A stretch of DNA of 64,000 bases from Ruminococcus bicirculans (ex Wegman et al. 2014) (GCA_963642145.1 CAVIFU010000001.1:69129-133128); one strand, 5' to 3'. Counted from the stretch's first letter, positions 35,307 to 45,913 are shown. The notes: a model not told the origin generated them from the letters alone. Made by a program: numbers and translations.

Positions 35307-37919
35307 ATGGACATATTTACAACTATAGGGAACTTTTTCCGCAAACTCTTCAAAACAGACGGAGTGCGAGTTAAGGACGATAGCCTTAAACTCAAAAATG
35401 CGGTAAGGTACGATCCCGATATCAACGTAGGACTTACCGAGATGCAAGTATCGGAGCGTACCGAAGACAAGCTTCTGAACGAACGTCCCGTCAATCACAC
35501 AAAGTCTTACGGCAGAATAATCTTTGAAAACGTATTTAATTTTTGCAACACGGCAACCATAATTCTCGTAGCCCTATTGTTTATAGCCGGCGCCGGGATG
35601 TATGCTTTCAGTTCGGTAATCGTCATACTCAATATGGCGATTGGCATTTGGCAAGAGATCAAAGCCAAACACAAGGTAGAAAAACTCTCTATGGTTATGG
35701 AGAGTCACTATGACGTCATACGTGACGGCAAACATACAGATGTCGTCAACAAGCAACTTGCTCTTGACGATATATACATATTGCACGCCGGACAGCAAGT
35801 CCCCGTCGATTCGGTAGTCAAAGACGGTATTTTAGAAGTAGACGAGTCAATTATCACCGGAGAATCCGTACCCGTTCGCAAGATGCCGGGCGATTACGTC
35901 TTGGGCGCATGCGCCGTCGTTTCCGGCGAGGCAACATTACGCGCGGACAAAGTCGGCAAGGACTGTTACATCGAAAATGTCGCACGCGTCGCGCGCAGAG
36001 TTTCCAAACCAAAATCCAACATATTTGCAACGTTGGATAAGATAATCAAAATAATTTCCGTAGTCTTATTCTTCCTTGCCGGCTTTTTGCTTATATCTCT
36101 GCTCGTTACAGACGCTGAGAGCACATTCCTTTTGGAGTCCGGCGCGGATCTAAGCCAAATATCCAAATTCCAAGGCGTGGTCATCACCATATCCGCGGCA
36201 ATACTCGGCATGCTCCCTATCGGTATGTTCTTGCTTACGTCCACTACCCTTGCCGCGTCAACGCTGAAATTTGCCAAACGCAACACGATTCCGCAAGATC
36301 TTTACAGCATCGAAATGATTGCCATGGTTGACACCTTACTCTTAGACAAAACCGGCACGATCACCGATGGCAAGTTGGAAGTGATAGCGCAAAAAGACTT
36401 TTCCGAATCCAAGCATCCCGCCGACGCGGTGTTCAGCACCATTCTTCTTGCGACAAAGGACGCTAACAGCACCGCAGAGGCTGTCAGGACGCATTATATT
36501 TATGCAAACGCTCTCGATTACGTAGAATACTGCGCCTTTTCTTCCGCGCGCAAATTCAGCGCCGTAACCGTTGCAGACGGCACGACATATGTAATGGGCG
36601 CGCCCGACTTTGTATCGTCCGGTAACGACATGCTCGACCAATTTGTCGATGCCAATGCAAACGAAGGGCGTCGTACGTTAGCGCTTATGGAGTTTGACGG
36701 CAGTATCGAAGATTATTCCCCCGCCCTTGCAAAATGCATTTGCGCGCTTACTCTCGAAGATCGCTTGCGCGGAGACGTCAAAGAAACACTCGATTGGTTC
36801 CGTAATAACGATGTGGACATCAAAATCGTATCCGGAGACAATCCCTTGACAGTCAGCAAAATCGCCCAAAAATCGGGCGTTGAGAACGCCGACAACTATG
36901 TCAATTGCAAAGATCTGACGGACGACGAACTCTTGGAAAAGTTAGAAACGACTACTATATTCGGCAGAGTTTCACCCGAGCAAAAACAGCTTATTGTCAA
37001 CGGTCTGCAAGCAAAAGGCAAGACCGTAGGCATGATCGGAGACGGCGTAAACGACGTACAAGCGCTCAAAGAGGCGGATTGTTCGATATCATTTGCTTCC
37101 GCCAACGAAGTTGCCCGTAATATTTCCAGAATAATACTTATGGACAATAACTTCAAAACTCTACCGTCCGTTGTACAGGAAGGCAGACAGGTTATTTCCA
37201 ATATCCAAAAGGTAAGCTCCCTGTACATTATGAAAAACATCTTCGTAATGTTCATGGTCTTCATGTTTACGATTTTGACGTTCATTACCAAGACAAACAA
37301 CTACCCGTTTGACACCAAACGTATGTTGCTTATAGAATTCTTTGTCATCGGCGTGCCTACATTCTGCTTTGCGTTGCAACCGAACAAAGCCAGAGCAACA
37401 GACCACTTCCTTGCCAATATCCTGCGAGCAAGTATACCGTCTGCCCTCGGGCTGATACTCGGCGTAATGTTCATATTTATTATGCTCGGTTGCTTCAAAG
37501 GCGACATGTCGTCGTTTGCCACTTACACAAACGCTTCTACCGCGGCGGTGGGTTTGGCTGCTGCGGGATTTGTCTGTCTGATTATTATTTCCATGCCCCC
37601 GGATTGGTTCCGTTTGGGACTTACTTTCTTTATGATGGGACTGTCCGTACTTGCCGTATGGCTCGACTACAACTATGCGGTACCGCTTTTCGGCGATGAC
37701 TTTCTGCATATAGATTGGTACATACCTGCATACAATTGGATTCTTATCGCCGCTTGCGCCGCCATTGCCGGCGTTGTCACTATAGGATTCCGATTCGTAA
37801 TAGACGCTATTGCCAAAAAATACGGCGACAGAATGTACGAGCGTACGGAACGCTTGGGTCAAAAAATCGCATCTTTCAAGAATGCGATCAAACAAAAACT
37901 TTTCGGACACAAAAAATGA
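35307..37919 (+). CDS. cation-translocating P-type (E1-E2) ATPase, uncharacterised subfamily
   Basis: Motifs ITGESVPV, DKTGTITDG, SPEQKQLIV and GDGVNDVQALKEADCSI. About 10 TM segments. TM4 reads LPIGMF where Ca-type pumps have PEGL. Start set at the ATG with RBS GAGG 6 nt upstream (35301 is an alternative). The track start at 35208 lies upstream of both predicted promoters. Confidence 0.85.
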   Translation: MDIFTTIGNFFRKLFKTDGVRVKDDSLKLKNAVRYDPDINVGLTEMQVSERTEDKLLNERPVNHTKSYGRIIFENVFNFCNTATIILVALLFIAGAGMYAFSSVIVILNMAIGIWQEIKAKHKVEKLSMVMESHYDVIRDGKHTDVVNKQLALDDIYILHAGQQVPVDSVVKDGILEVDESIITGESVPVRKMPGDYVLGACAVVSGEATLRADKVGKDCYIENVARVARRVSKPKSNIFATLDKIIKIISVVLFFLAGFLLISLLVTDAESTFLLESGADLSQISKFQGVVITISAAILGMLPIGMFLLTSTTLAASTLKFAKRNTIPQDLYSIEMIAMVDTLLLDKTGTITDGKLEVIAQKDFSESKHPADAVFSTILLATKDANSTAEAVRTHYIYANALDYVEYCAFSSARKFSAVTVADGTTYVMGAPDFVSSGNDMLDQFVDANANEGRRTLALMEFDGSIEDYSPALAKCICALTLEDRLRGDVKETLDWFRNNDVDIKIVSGDNPLTVSKIAQKSGVENADNYVNCKDLTDDELLEKLETTTIFGRVSPEQKQLIVNGLQAKGKTVGMIGDGVNDVQALKEADCSISFASANEVARNISRIILMDNNFKTLPSVVQEGRQVISNIQKVSSLYIMKNIFVMFMVFMFTILTFITKTNNYPFDTKRMLLIEFFVIGVPTFCFALQPNKARATDHFLANILRASIPSALGLILGVMFIFIMLGCFKGDMSSFATYTNASTAAVGLAAAGFVCLIIISMPPDWFRLGLTFFMMGLSVLAVWLDYNYAVPLFGDDFLHIDWYIPAYNWILIAACAAIAGVVTIGFRFVIDAIAKKYGDRMYERTERLGQKIASFKNAIKQKLFGHKK

Positions 37920-37929
37920 TTGAACACGT

Positions 37930-37966
37930 AAAAAACATGCTGTCTCGTGCGACAGCATGTTTTTTA
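37930..37966. terminator. bidirectional terminator between the convergent ATPase and relA genes
   Basis: AAAAAA-CATGCTGTC-tcgtgc-GACAGCATG-TTTTTT. Perfect 9-bp stem with A/T runs on both sides. Confidence 0.85.
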
Positions 37967-40138
37967 TGTTCTCTTAATGGAAATTATCTCGCTCATGTTT
38001 TCCAATCGCTTAATAATGTAATCGAGCTCTTCCGTGGATTTAACTTGTAATCCTACGTAGAACATGCCTATTCCTTTGTTTACTTTAAGTTCGAGAGAGT
38101 TGATCGATATACCTTGATTCGATATTACCGTAAGTATTTTGTTGCCGAGCCCCGTTTTATCGATACACTCTATTTGGAGTTTGGCAACGAACATTGTATT
38201 GTCGGTATCCGCCCAATGCGCCTCCATCAACCGCTCCGGCTCCATATTCTTAACGTTCGGACAATCGGCTCTGTGTATCGATACGCCCGCGCCTCTCATC
38301 GCATACCCTATTATCGGGTCTCCCGGGACAGGGTTACAACACTTGGCAATTTTCATCAGGAAGTTGTCAAAGCCTTCAACGATAATACCGCTCGTAGAAC
38401 GACTTTTTCGCGGTGCGGCGTCTTGTTTTTGCTGTATTGCGGCTATTTCTTCCGCCTTGCGGATCTTGGCTTGCTCTTTGCGATATTTGTCCACAAGCTT
38501 GATCAGCACTTGACTTGTTTTTAATGCGCCATACCCTATCGAGGCGTACATATCGTCTAAGGATGTCAGCTGGTACCGCTTGAAAATCGTTTCCAAGACG
38601 TCGGTTTGCGTCAGAAGATCGGACCATTCCACGCCCTGCGTTTTTGCCTTTTTCTCCAACATATCTTTACCGAGTTTGATATTCTCGGCAACCATTTCTT
38701 TCTTGAAAAAGGCTTTGATTTTGGATTTTGCTTGCGAAGTAACGACAAATTTTAGCCAATCGCGAGTCGGACCCTTGCTTGCGTTTGATGTAATGATTTC
38801 GATTACGTCGCCCGTGTGCAATTCCGTGTTCAACGGCACCATTTTATTGTTTACGCGCGCGCCGACGCATTTATTTCCCACCGCGGTATGCACTCTGTAC
38901 GCAAAATCCACTGCCGTAGCGCCTACGGCAAGGTCAAACACTTCGCCTTTCGGAGAGAAAACGTAAATCTCGTTGGTCACGATATTGTGCTTGAATGTGG
39001 CTAAATATTCCTGACTGTCTTTGATGTCTTCCTCAGCCTCCATGACCTCTCTGACCCACGAAAGCTTTTTATCTATCTCGCTGTCGAGTCTACCGTCAGT
39101 CTTGCCTTCTTTGTACTTCCAGTGCGCCGCAATACCGTATTCGGCGACCTTGTTCATCTCTTGGGTTCTTATCTGAATTTCAAAGATTTGACCGAAGTTT
39201 GACACTACCGTCGTGTGCAAGGACTGATAGAGGTTGGGCTTAGGCATCGCGATGTAGTCCTTAAATCTGCCGGGCACGGGCTTCCACATGGAGTGGATTA
39301 TTCCAAGTACCGCATAGCAATCTTTCACATCGTCAACTATTACCCTAACGGCTATAAGATCGTATATTTGATCCAACGTTTTGTTTTGATTTACCATCTT
39401 TTTGTAGATGGAGTAATAGTGTTTCGGACGCCCCTTAATTTCGGCTTCGATACCGGCGGCGTCCAATTCCTTTTCTATGATCTCGGCTATCCTCTGCACT
39501 TGCTGCATGCGCTCGTCACGCTTGGCGTTCAGTTGCGCGCACAGATACGCGTATGCGTCCGGATAGAGATATTTCATCGATAGATCTTCAAGCTCGCATT
39601 TGATTTGAGATATACCTAACCTTGCCGCCATCGGCGCGTATATGTCCAAAGTTTCACGTGCTATGCGTTGTTGTTTTTCGGGCTTAAGGGAATCCAAAGT
39701 ACGCATATTGTGTACCCTATCCGCAAGTTTTATAAATAGCACTCGCAGGTCCTTAGATATGGCAAAAAACAATTTTCTTATGTTTTCCGTCTGCTCTTCC
39801 TCTAAGGAATTGAATTTGTACTTCAGCTTGGAAATCTTTGTGACGGCGTCTACAAGCGTAAATATTTCTTCTCCGAATTTCTTTTTGAGCAACGCCGGTT
39901 CGCACGGCGTATCCTCAACGACATCGTGTAGAAGTCCCGCGCACACACACGCAGGATCCATCCCGAGATCTACCAAAATTTGCGCCGTCTCTATCGGGTG
40001 ATTTATATAAGGTTCTCCCGATACGCGCACTTGTCCCGCATGACATTCCGTGGCGAAGTCCAAAGCGTATTTTATGAGTTGATAGTCGCCTTCGGAATAC
40101 GCGTTTTTACATTTATTTAGGAATTCGTTAACGGGCAT
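37964..40138 (-). CDS. relA: bifunctional (p)ppGpp synthetase/hydrolase (RelA/SpoT homologue)
   Basis: HD hydrolase (HDVVEDT), synthetase, TGS and C-terminal ACT domains. Start set at the ATG (MPVNEF) with GGAGG 8 nt upstream. The track start is a TTG 15 nt further up. Overlaps recJ by 11 nt. Confidence 0.95.
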   Translation of the reverse strand: MPVNEFLNKCKNAYSEGDYQLIKYALDFATECHAGQVRVSGEPYINHPIETAQILVDLGMDPACVCAGLLHDVVEDTPCEPALLKKKFGEEIFTLVDAVTKISKLKYKFNSLEEEQTENIRKLFFAISKDLRVLFIKLADRVHNMRTLDSLKPEKQQRIARETLDIYAPMAARLGISQIKCELEDLSMKYLYPDAYAYLCAQLNAKRDERMQQVQRIAEIIEKELDAAGIEAEIKGRPKHYYSIYKKMVNQNKTLDQIYDLIAVRVIVDDVKDCYAVLGIIHSMWKPVPGRFKDYIAMPKPNLYQSLHTTVVSNFGQIFEIQIRTQEMNKVAEYGIAAHWKYKEGKTDGRLDSEIDKKLSWVREVMEAEEDIKDSQEYLATFKHNIVTNEIYVFSPKGEVFDLAVGATAVDFAYRVHTAVGNKCVGARVNNKMVPLNTELHTGDVIEIITSNASKGPTRDWLKFVVTSQAKSKIKAFFKKEMVAENIKLGKDMLEKKAKTQGVEWSDLLTQTDVLETIFKRYQLTSLDDMYASIGYGALKTSQVLIKLVDKYRKEQAKIRKAEEIAAIQQKQDAAPRKSRSTSGIIVEGFDNFLMKIAKCCNPVPGDPIIGYAMRGAGVSIHRADCPNVKNMEPERLMEAHWADTDNTMFVAKLQIECIDKTGLGNKILTVISNQGISINSLELKVNKGIGMFYVGLQVKSTEELDYIIKRLENMSEIISIKRT

Positions 40139-42413
40139 TGTTACCGCCTCCAATTGCTTTTAGAATCTTAGATTGTCCCAGTTCCTTCTTTTCGGAGCTG
40201 ATTCTCATAATATCCCCTTCAAAATAAATAACGCCGATTTCGGTGAGTATATCCAGCGCAAGTTCATAGTATACGTAGCCGCCGTCATATCCGCAACCTA
40301 TCAGGTTGGCATAGGCTTGCGTCCTACTCGGGAAACGTTTGCCGTTGTAGCAAGCCTTTATATAGCTAAACACCTTGGCTAAATCATTCCTCGTGGGTGG
40401 CGCAAACCGCGACATATCGCCTTTTATCGCGCCCACATGCACCTCCGCACCGAAATTGGATCGCACGCCCTCAACATAGCTTGTCGGCGGTTCGTCATAC
40501 AACGTAATATCCCCGTAATACTCGAAGCCGTAGTCGCTCTTGGGCGCAAGCAAAATAGTATTGTACGGATTCTGCGTTGACAGAGTACCGAGCGCGCAAA
40601 AATATTTAGGGTACAGCTCCCGCAACGCACTAAACGTTTCATTCGTCCAAGTAATCAGCAACCTACCGAACATATCGTCGCAGGTACGCTTAATGCTCGA
40701 TTTTCTCGGCTCGAATTTGGTTACGTAACGCTCCGCATATCTGAGAATAAGCTCGCTTTCCGACGGCACGATCTCGTTTAGTTCCATATTTTTATATGTA
40801 CACCTCGCCGATTCTTTGCCTCTGAAGACATCTTTTTCAACCGAATAATATATTGTTTTACGCATCGGCGATCTAAACAAGCTCATATTATCGGCTTCGT
40901 TAAAGGCAATAAAATCGGTTTGCTTGCCTATTTGTGCTTTGAGATGCGGCGTATTTTTAATTTTGGAAATATCGATTGCGTTGCATTGTGCGGAGAATAC
41001 GGGTTTAGGGTTACCCATCCCGAACGGTTCAAACTTTTTAAGATCGTCGGCAAAGCCGATATCGATGTCTTCAAAGTTAACTTCCGCGTCGCTGTGATAC
41101 GTCGGCAAAAACGGTTCGTCGCCGTATGTTGCAAAAACGTAGGCGTTGCAAGCTTCTCTAAACGCGTCTATGTTTTTGGGCTCGATGCTGAGCCCTGCCG
41201 CCATGGCATGCCCACCGAATTGCAAAACAGTATCTTTTGCGTTATACAAAACGTCATATATACTGACGCCGTTGATACTGCGGCACGAACCCTTATATAA
41301 ATCGTTTTTCTTAGAGAATAACACCGTCGGGCGGTGGAATTCCTCCGCAATCTTTGCGGCTGCTATACCTATAACTCCGCCTTCCCACTCGTCGTTTTCA
41401 AGCACGATTATGCGATATTTGCTTAGATCATAGTCGATCAGCATTTCTCTGGCGTTAATAATGGTAGCGGCGCAAAGCTCTTGTCTTTTTCTGTTTTCAG
41501 CTTCCAAATCTTCCGCAATACGTCGTATTTCGCATGCGTCGCCGGAGGTAAGCAGCTTAAATGATTTTTCCGCGTCGCTCAGTCTGCCGGAAGCGTTAAG
41601 GCGAGGCGCTATTTTGAACGCAATATCTCCGGATGTAACCGGCAAACCGTTTTTATGTCCCGAAACTCTAAGCAATGCTTTTACGCCTTCTCTCGGATCG
41701 GACGTGATACGTTTTAGGCCTACGCTTGCAATTATTCTATTGTCCATTGTGAGCGGAACAAGGTCTGCAATCGTAGAAATCGCGCATATATCTATATACG
41801 AAAACGCACATGCGTCACCGAAAAGTTCGCGAATCAATGTAAAAGCAACGCCACAACCGCAAAATTCTGTGGCATTCGGGCAAAGTTTCGGGTTGATTAT
41901 CGTGCAATCCGGCAAGATGTCTTGCGGCTCGTGGTGATCCGTTACCAATACGTCCAACCCGAGACTTTTTGCATACGCAACCTCTTCGGATGCGCTTATA
42001 CCGCAGTCAACGGTAATAAGGAGTGTCGGGTTGTGTTTGTTTATCGCGCGTTCGAGAGAAGGGACAGACAATCCGTATCCGTCTTCGACGCGTGAAGGAA
42101 TAAACACGTCCGTATCTATGCCATGCGATGTTAGCGCCAAATACATTATGGCGGACGCCCCTATTCCGTCGCAATCATAGTCGCCGTAAACTAAGATTTT
42201 ACCGTTTTTGTGCTTAAATATTAGCTCTTTTGCCTCTTCCAGTCCGCTAAGAACGGTAGGCGCGGACAACTTATCGATAGTCGGATTCAAAAAATCTCGT
42301 ATTTTTTCCGCATCGTCTATTCCACGGTTAATAAGGAGCTCCGTCAGAACTCCGTTTAAGCCCGTTTGCATAGACAACGCATATGAATTTTGTTTTTCAA
42401 TTTTTACCGACAT
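40128..42413 (-). CDS. recJ: single-stranded-DNA-specific exonuclease RecJ
   Basis: 761 aa. DHH motifs YGDYDCDGI and VTDHH. DHHA1 motif GGHAMAAG. secDF-recJ-relA synteny, with no apt between recJ and relA. Confidence 0.92.
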   Translation of the reverse strand: MSVKIEKQNSYALSMQTGLNGVLTELLINRGIDDAEKIRDFLNPTIDKLSAPTVLSGLEEAKELIFKHKNGKILVYGDYDCDGIGASAIMYLALTSHGIDTDVFIPSRVEDGYGLSVPSLERAINKHNPTLLITVDCGISASEEVAYAKSLGLDVLVTDHHEPQDILPDCTIINPKLCPNATEFCGCGVAFTLIRELFGDACAFSYIDICAISTIADLVPLTMDNRIIASVGLKRITSDPREGVKALLRVSGHKNGLPVTSGDIAFKIAPRLNASGRLSDAEKSFKLLTSGDACEIRRIAEDLEAENRKRQELCAATIINAREMLIDYDLSKYRIIVLENDEWEGGVIGIAAAKIAEEFHRPTVLFSKKNDLYKGSCRSINGVSIYDVLYNAKDTVLQFGGHAMAAGLSIEPKNIDAFREACNAYVFATYGDEPFLPTYHSDAEVNFEDIDIGFADDLKKFEPFGMGNPKPVFSAQCNAIDISKIKNTPHLKAQIGKQTDFIAFNEADNMSLFRSPMRKTIYYSVEKDVFRGKESARCTYKNMELNEIVPSESELILRYAERYVTKFEPRKSSIKRTCDDMFGRLLITWTNETFSALRELYPKYFCALGTLSTQNPYNTILLAPKSDYGFEYYGDITLYDEPPTSYVEGVRSNFGAEVHVGAIKGDMSRFAPPTRNDLAKVFSYIKACYNGKRFPSRTQAYANLIGCGYDGGYVYYELALDILTEIGVIYFEGDIMRISSEKKELGQSKILKAIGGGNNAR

Positions 42414-42467
42414 ATCTTTTTTATATGCAAAAAGAGCCCGTAAACGAGCTCTTTTTGTTATTTTTTG

Positions 42468-43526
42468 TTATCTTCTTTTTGCTTTTGCTTTCTTTGCTTT
42501 GCCCTTCTCGCCGTTCTTTTGCTTGGCGGTCATCATAAGACCCCACAAGCTCGGAGCAAGGAACAGAGAAGAATAAAGACCGGACAAGATACCGAATATA
42601 ATCGGGAGCGCAAATTCGGTTATGGATTTAATCCCCCAGCATGCCAATACGGTAATTGTAATCAGCGTCGTAAAGCTCGTAAACAACGCTCTCGTAAGGC
42701 TCTGCGTTACGGATGTATCGACTATATCACCGATGTTTACTTTGCTCTTATCTTTGTGTTTGTAGGGAGCCATATTTTCTCTGACTCTATCGAATATTAC
42801 TATCGTATTATTTATAGAGTACGCGACTATGGTAATCAAACCCGCAATCAAAGAGCTGTTGATTTGGATACGGAAGATTATGACAAGCGAAAGCATTATA
42901 ACTATATCGTTAATCTGCATAACGAATGCCGCAATACCGCTGAAGAAGTCGAACCTGATTATGGTATAGATAAGCATTATGAGCATCGCTATACCTACGG
43001 AAAGGAGGGCTTTCTTAATCAAATCGCTGCTTGCTGTGGCGTTAATGCTTTCTGCCGCCGCGGTAATGCTCTTGGCATTGGGATAAGCCTCTTTCAGTTT
43101 CGCTTCGGTTTCCGCAATAATCTTGTTATTCACGGCTATCATAGCCTCTGTCTTAGATGCTTCGTTATAGTCTTCGCCGTTAATCGAGTTCGGATATCTG
43201 ACAACCAAAGCGTTCGTTCCGCTGTTCTGATCTGTAGAAACCGTAGCTCCGTTGGCTTCAACGACTTCGGTAATCATCTCGATAGTCTTTGCACGATTTT
43301 CGCCTTGAACGTCTACGCCGTCAAACTCGACGGTAAGAACGGTACCGCCCTTAAAATCGATACCGACATTTGCAAAGCCGTCGTATTTATTGCCGCTCTG
43401 CGAGTAAACGGTACCGCATACCAAAGCTATAAATATGATAGCTAACGGGCAAATAAACCAATAGTACGCGTTTTTGAATATCGGAAGCTTCTTATTAAGA
43501 TCCAATTTAAGAGATTTCGTCTTCAT
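42468..43526 (-). CDS. secF: protein translocase subunit SecF
   Basis: 352 aa, 6 TM with a periplasmic loop. Lys-rich C-terminal tail. 1-nt overlap with secD. Confidence 0.9.
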   Translation of the reverse strand: MKTKSLKLDLNKKLPIFKNAYYWFICPLAIIFIALVCGTVYSQSGNKYDGFANVGIDFKGGTVLTVEFDGVDVQGENRAKTIEMITEVVEANGATVSTDQNSGTNALVVRYPNSINGEDYNEASKTEAMIAVNNKIIAETEAKLKEAYPNAKSITAAAESINATASSDLIKKALLSVGIAMLIMLIYTIIRFDFFSGIAAFVMQINDIVIMLSLVIIFRIQINSSLIAGLITIVAYSINNTIVIFDRVRENMAPYKHKDKSKVNIGDIVDTSVTQSLTRALFTSFTTLITITVLACWGIKSITEFALPIIFGILSGLYSSLFLAPSLWGLMMTAKQKNGEKGKAKKAKAKRR

Positions 43527-44824
43527 TAGGCTTTAACCTCCTCCTCGTTATCCGCTTTTTTAACTTTTAACGAATAGTATTTATCGTTATCGTCATTAAA
43601 TGAAAGCGAAATCATAAACAACAATCTTGTGATCAAAATTGCCGTAACCATCGATAGAATGATACCTATGAGCAAGGTTATACCGAAGCTCTTTATTGAA
43701 GTCGCTCCGAATATTATCATAACTATTGAGCCGATTATCGTTGTCACGTTGCCGTCGATAATTGCGGGCAAGGCTTTTTTGAAGCCGGCTTGCACGGCGC
43801 TCGGAATGGGTTTGCCGAACAATCCCCTTTCGTCTTTGATTCTCTCAAAGATAATGACGTTTGCGTCAACCGCCATACCTATACTTAGGATAATACCGGC
43901 GATACTGGGAAGCGTAAGCTGTACCCACGGCACAAGAGCCAATGCGTATATCATCAATACCGTATAAATCATGAGCGCGAGCGAAGCGATAACGCCCATG
44001 CCTTTGTAAACCACAAGCATAAACACGACGATTATCGCAAGACCTATGGCGCCGGCTATAATGCTACTCTTAAGTGCGTCGTTACCCAAGGTTGCGCTGA
44101 TCGTTGCGTTTTCGCTCGGAGAAAGCTTGACTGCAAAAGTACCTGCTTTGAGTTTAACGGCAAGTTCATTCGCGTATTGTTGAGTGTAGTTACCGGTAAT
44201 AACGGCATTGCCGTCGCTTATCGTAGCGTTTACGGTAGGCTCTATAACCTTTTCGCCGTTAATGTAGATTGCAATCTTTTTGCCGATATTTGCGGACGTG
44301 GCTTGCGCAAACGCCTTGGTGCCCTCATCGTTGAAAGTTAGGCTTATCGCGTAAGAACCGTCGTACAGAGTCGCGGAAGCGTCTTTAAGGTGTTTACCGC
44401 CTTCTATCAAGACATTGCCGTCTTCATCGCGGAATTCAAGTTCTGCCGGCTCGCCGATAAGAGCCATGAGCGACGCGGTATCGTTAACGGACGGAATCTC
44501 CACGCGCAATTTACTTGTACCTTGACGAGTAACGGTTGCTTCGGTGTAGCCCTTGGAGAACAAAAGCGCTTCCAAATTGCTGATCGTACCTTCGATTGCC
44601 TCGGTTTTTTGAGATTCTTCGATATCGGAAAGATCCATGTCGTACACGACATACATACCGCCCTCCAAATCGAGACCGAGTTTAATAGACTTAGACACCC
44701 AATAAACGTCATATTTACCGAGTTCCCAAGAGTCCTTACCGTTGAGCGGGAAAATGCACAACGTCATAAGGATTACTATCACGGCAAGGATCACGGAAAT
44801 GACTATAGATTTCTTCTTGCTCAC
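43526..44824 (-). CDS. secD: protein translocase subunit SecD
   Basis: Polytopic, with a large first extracytoplasmic loop. Start set at GTG (VSKKKS) with GGAGG 7 nt upstream. The track ATG at 44842 lies only 11 nt after the -10 of the predicted promoter. Confidence 0.88.
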   Translation of the reverse strand: MSKKKSIVISVILAVIVILMTLCIFPLNGKDSWELGKYDVYWVSKSIKLGLDLEGGMYVVYDMDLSDIEESQKTEAIEGTISNLEALLFSKGYTEATVTRQGTSKLRVEIPSVNDTASLMALIGEPAELEFRDEDGNVLIEGGKHLKDASATLYDGSYAISLTFNDEGTKAFAQATSANIGKKIAIYINGEKVIEPTVNATISDGNAVITGNYTQQYANELAVKLKAGTFAVKLSPSENATISATLGNDALKSSIIAGAIGLAIIVVFMLVVYKGMGVIASLALMIYTVLMIYALALVPWVQLTLPSIAGIILSIGMAVDANVIIFERIKDERGLFGKPIPSAVQAGFKKALPAIIDGNVTTIIGSIVMIIFGATSIKSFGITLLIGIILSMVTAILITRLLFMISLSFNDDNDKYYSLKVKKADNEEEVKA

Positions 44825-44853
44825 GAGTATGCCTCCATACATTAGTCTATAAC

Positions 44854-44882
44854 ATTATAAGACTTTCTCGCTTGTAAGTCAA
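44854..44882 (-). promoter_or_regulatory. sigma-A promoter of secDF
   Basis: Minus strand has TTGACT, a 17-nt spacer, then TATAAT. Confidence 0.7.
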
Positions 44883-45029
44883 TGAATTCATTTAATAATA
44901 TAAATATAAACAGAAAAAACTTTGTATTTTTTCTACATCGCATTGTGCATATTCGTAAATAAGTCCTGCAAACGCGATTTTTTTGACATATACGGGCAAC
45001 GTCGATCATAAATTCTAATCGGAGGCTGT

Positions 45030-45452
45030 ATGAACGACAAAGTAAAAATAAAGAAGACAATTAACTTAAAAGCGATCAAACTCGACAAACAGAACGTTAT
45101 AGACATAGTCCGAGCCACACTCACAGCCGTAATAATATCGTTGATATCCGTCCTTGTTTTCGGTATCGTGATCAAATTAACCAACGTTCCGGATAAAATA
45201 ATCCTGCCGATAAATCAAGTAATTAAAGTTATAAGCGTGCTTCTCGGATGCCTGCTCGGTTTCCGACAAAAGGAAAAAGGCGCGCTCAAAGGCATAATCG
45301 TAGGCGTCCTCTATACCGCCCTATCCGTCTTGATCTTCTGGATAATTTGCGGATCTCCCAAGGGAAGTTTCGGAGCGCCGGATGCCGTAACGGGTATAAT
45401 TACCGGTGCCGTATGCGGAATTATTGCTGTTAACATAGGCAAACGCAAATAA
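45030..45452 (+). CDS. small 4-TM membrane protein (YrzE/TIGR04086-like)
   Basis: 140 aa, four hydrophobic helices, RBS GGAGG. B. subtilis also has a small membrane gene (yrzE) next to yajC. The family assignment is from memory only. Confidence 0.45.
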   Translation: MNDKVKIKKTINLKAIKLDKQNVIDIVRATLTAVIISLISVLVFGIVIKLTNVPDKIILPINQVIKVISVLLGCLLGFRQKEKGALKGIIVGVLYTALSVLIFWIICGSPKGSFGAPDAVTGIITGAVCGIIAVNIGKRK

Positions 45453-45481
45453 TATCCGCTCGAAATTCGGGCAAAACAAAA

Positions 45482-45511
45482 CCATACTCCCTGCGTATTT
45501 TGGGAGTATGG
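45482..45511 (-). terminator. terminator after yajC (also faces the convergent + strand gene)
   Basis: CCATACTCCC-tgcgtatttt-GGGAGTATGG, a perfect 10-bp stem. On the minus strand it is followed by TTTTGTTTTG. Confidence 0.75.
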
Positions 45512-45540
45512 TTCGATTAGATGTAAAATTTTATTTAGGC

Positions 45541-45852
45541 TTAGAGCTTGCTCCTTATTGCGTTTTTGACAATAGTTACGTTAACCGGATTCTCATCGGA
45601 ACCGACGTTAATGGTATAGCGATCGCTTTCGGCGTTGATTTCGACTATGGATCCGACAAATCCGCCAATGGTCATTATTTTATCGCCGACGGAAAGGCTG
45701 GACATCATATCTTGCATTTTCTTTTTTTGTTTACGTTGAGGGATAATGGTCATGAGAATCATTGCGACGAAGAAAACGCCGAGGATGACAAGCATTATCC
45801 AACTGTTATTGCTGTCCGCGCAAAGCAGACCGAGATTTAATACGTTCGACAT
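45541..45852 (-). CDS. yajC: preprotein translocase subunit YajC
   Basis: 103 aa, single TM, motif IIPQRKQKKKMQDMMSSLSVGDKIMTIGG. tgt-yajC synteny. Confidence 0.9.
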   Translation of the reverse strand: MSNVLNLGLLCADSNNSWIMLVILGVFFVAMILMTIIPQRKQKKKMQDMMSSLSVGDKIMTIGGFVGSIVEINAESDRYTINVGSDENPVNVTIVKNAIRSKL

Positions 45853-45883
45853 TAATATTTACTCCTAATATTTAGTTTATGAT

Positions 45884-45913
45884 ATCATATCATACGCAAG
45901 GTGATTTTTGCAA
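45884..45913 (-). promoter_or_regulatory. candidate promoter for yajC
   Basis: Minus strand has TTGCAA, an 18-nt spacer, then TATGAT, preceded by TGa (extended -10). Confidence 0.45.
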
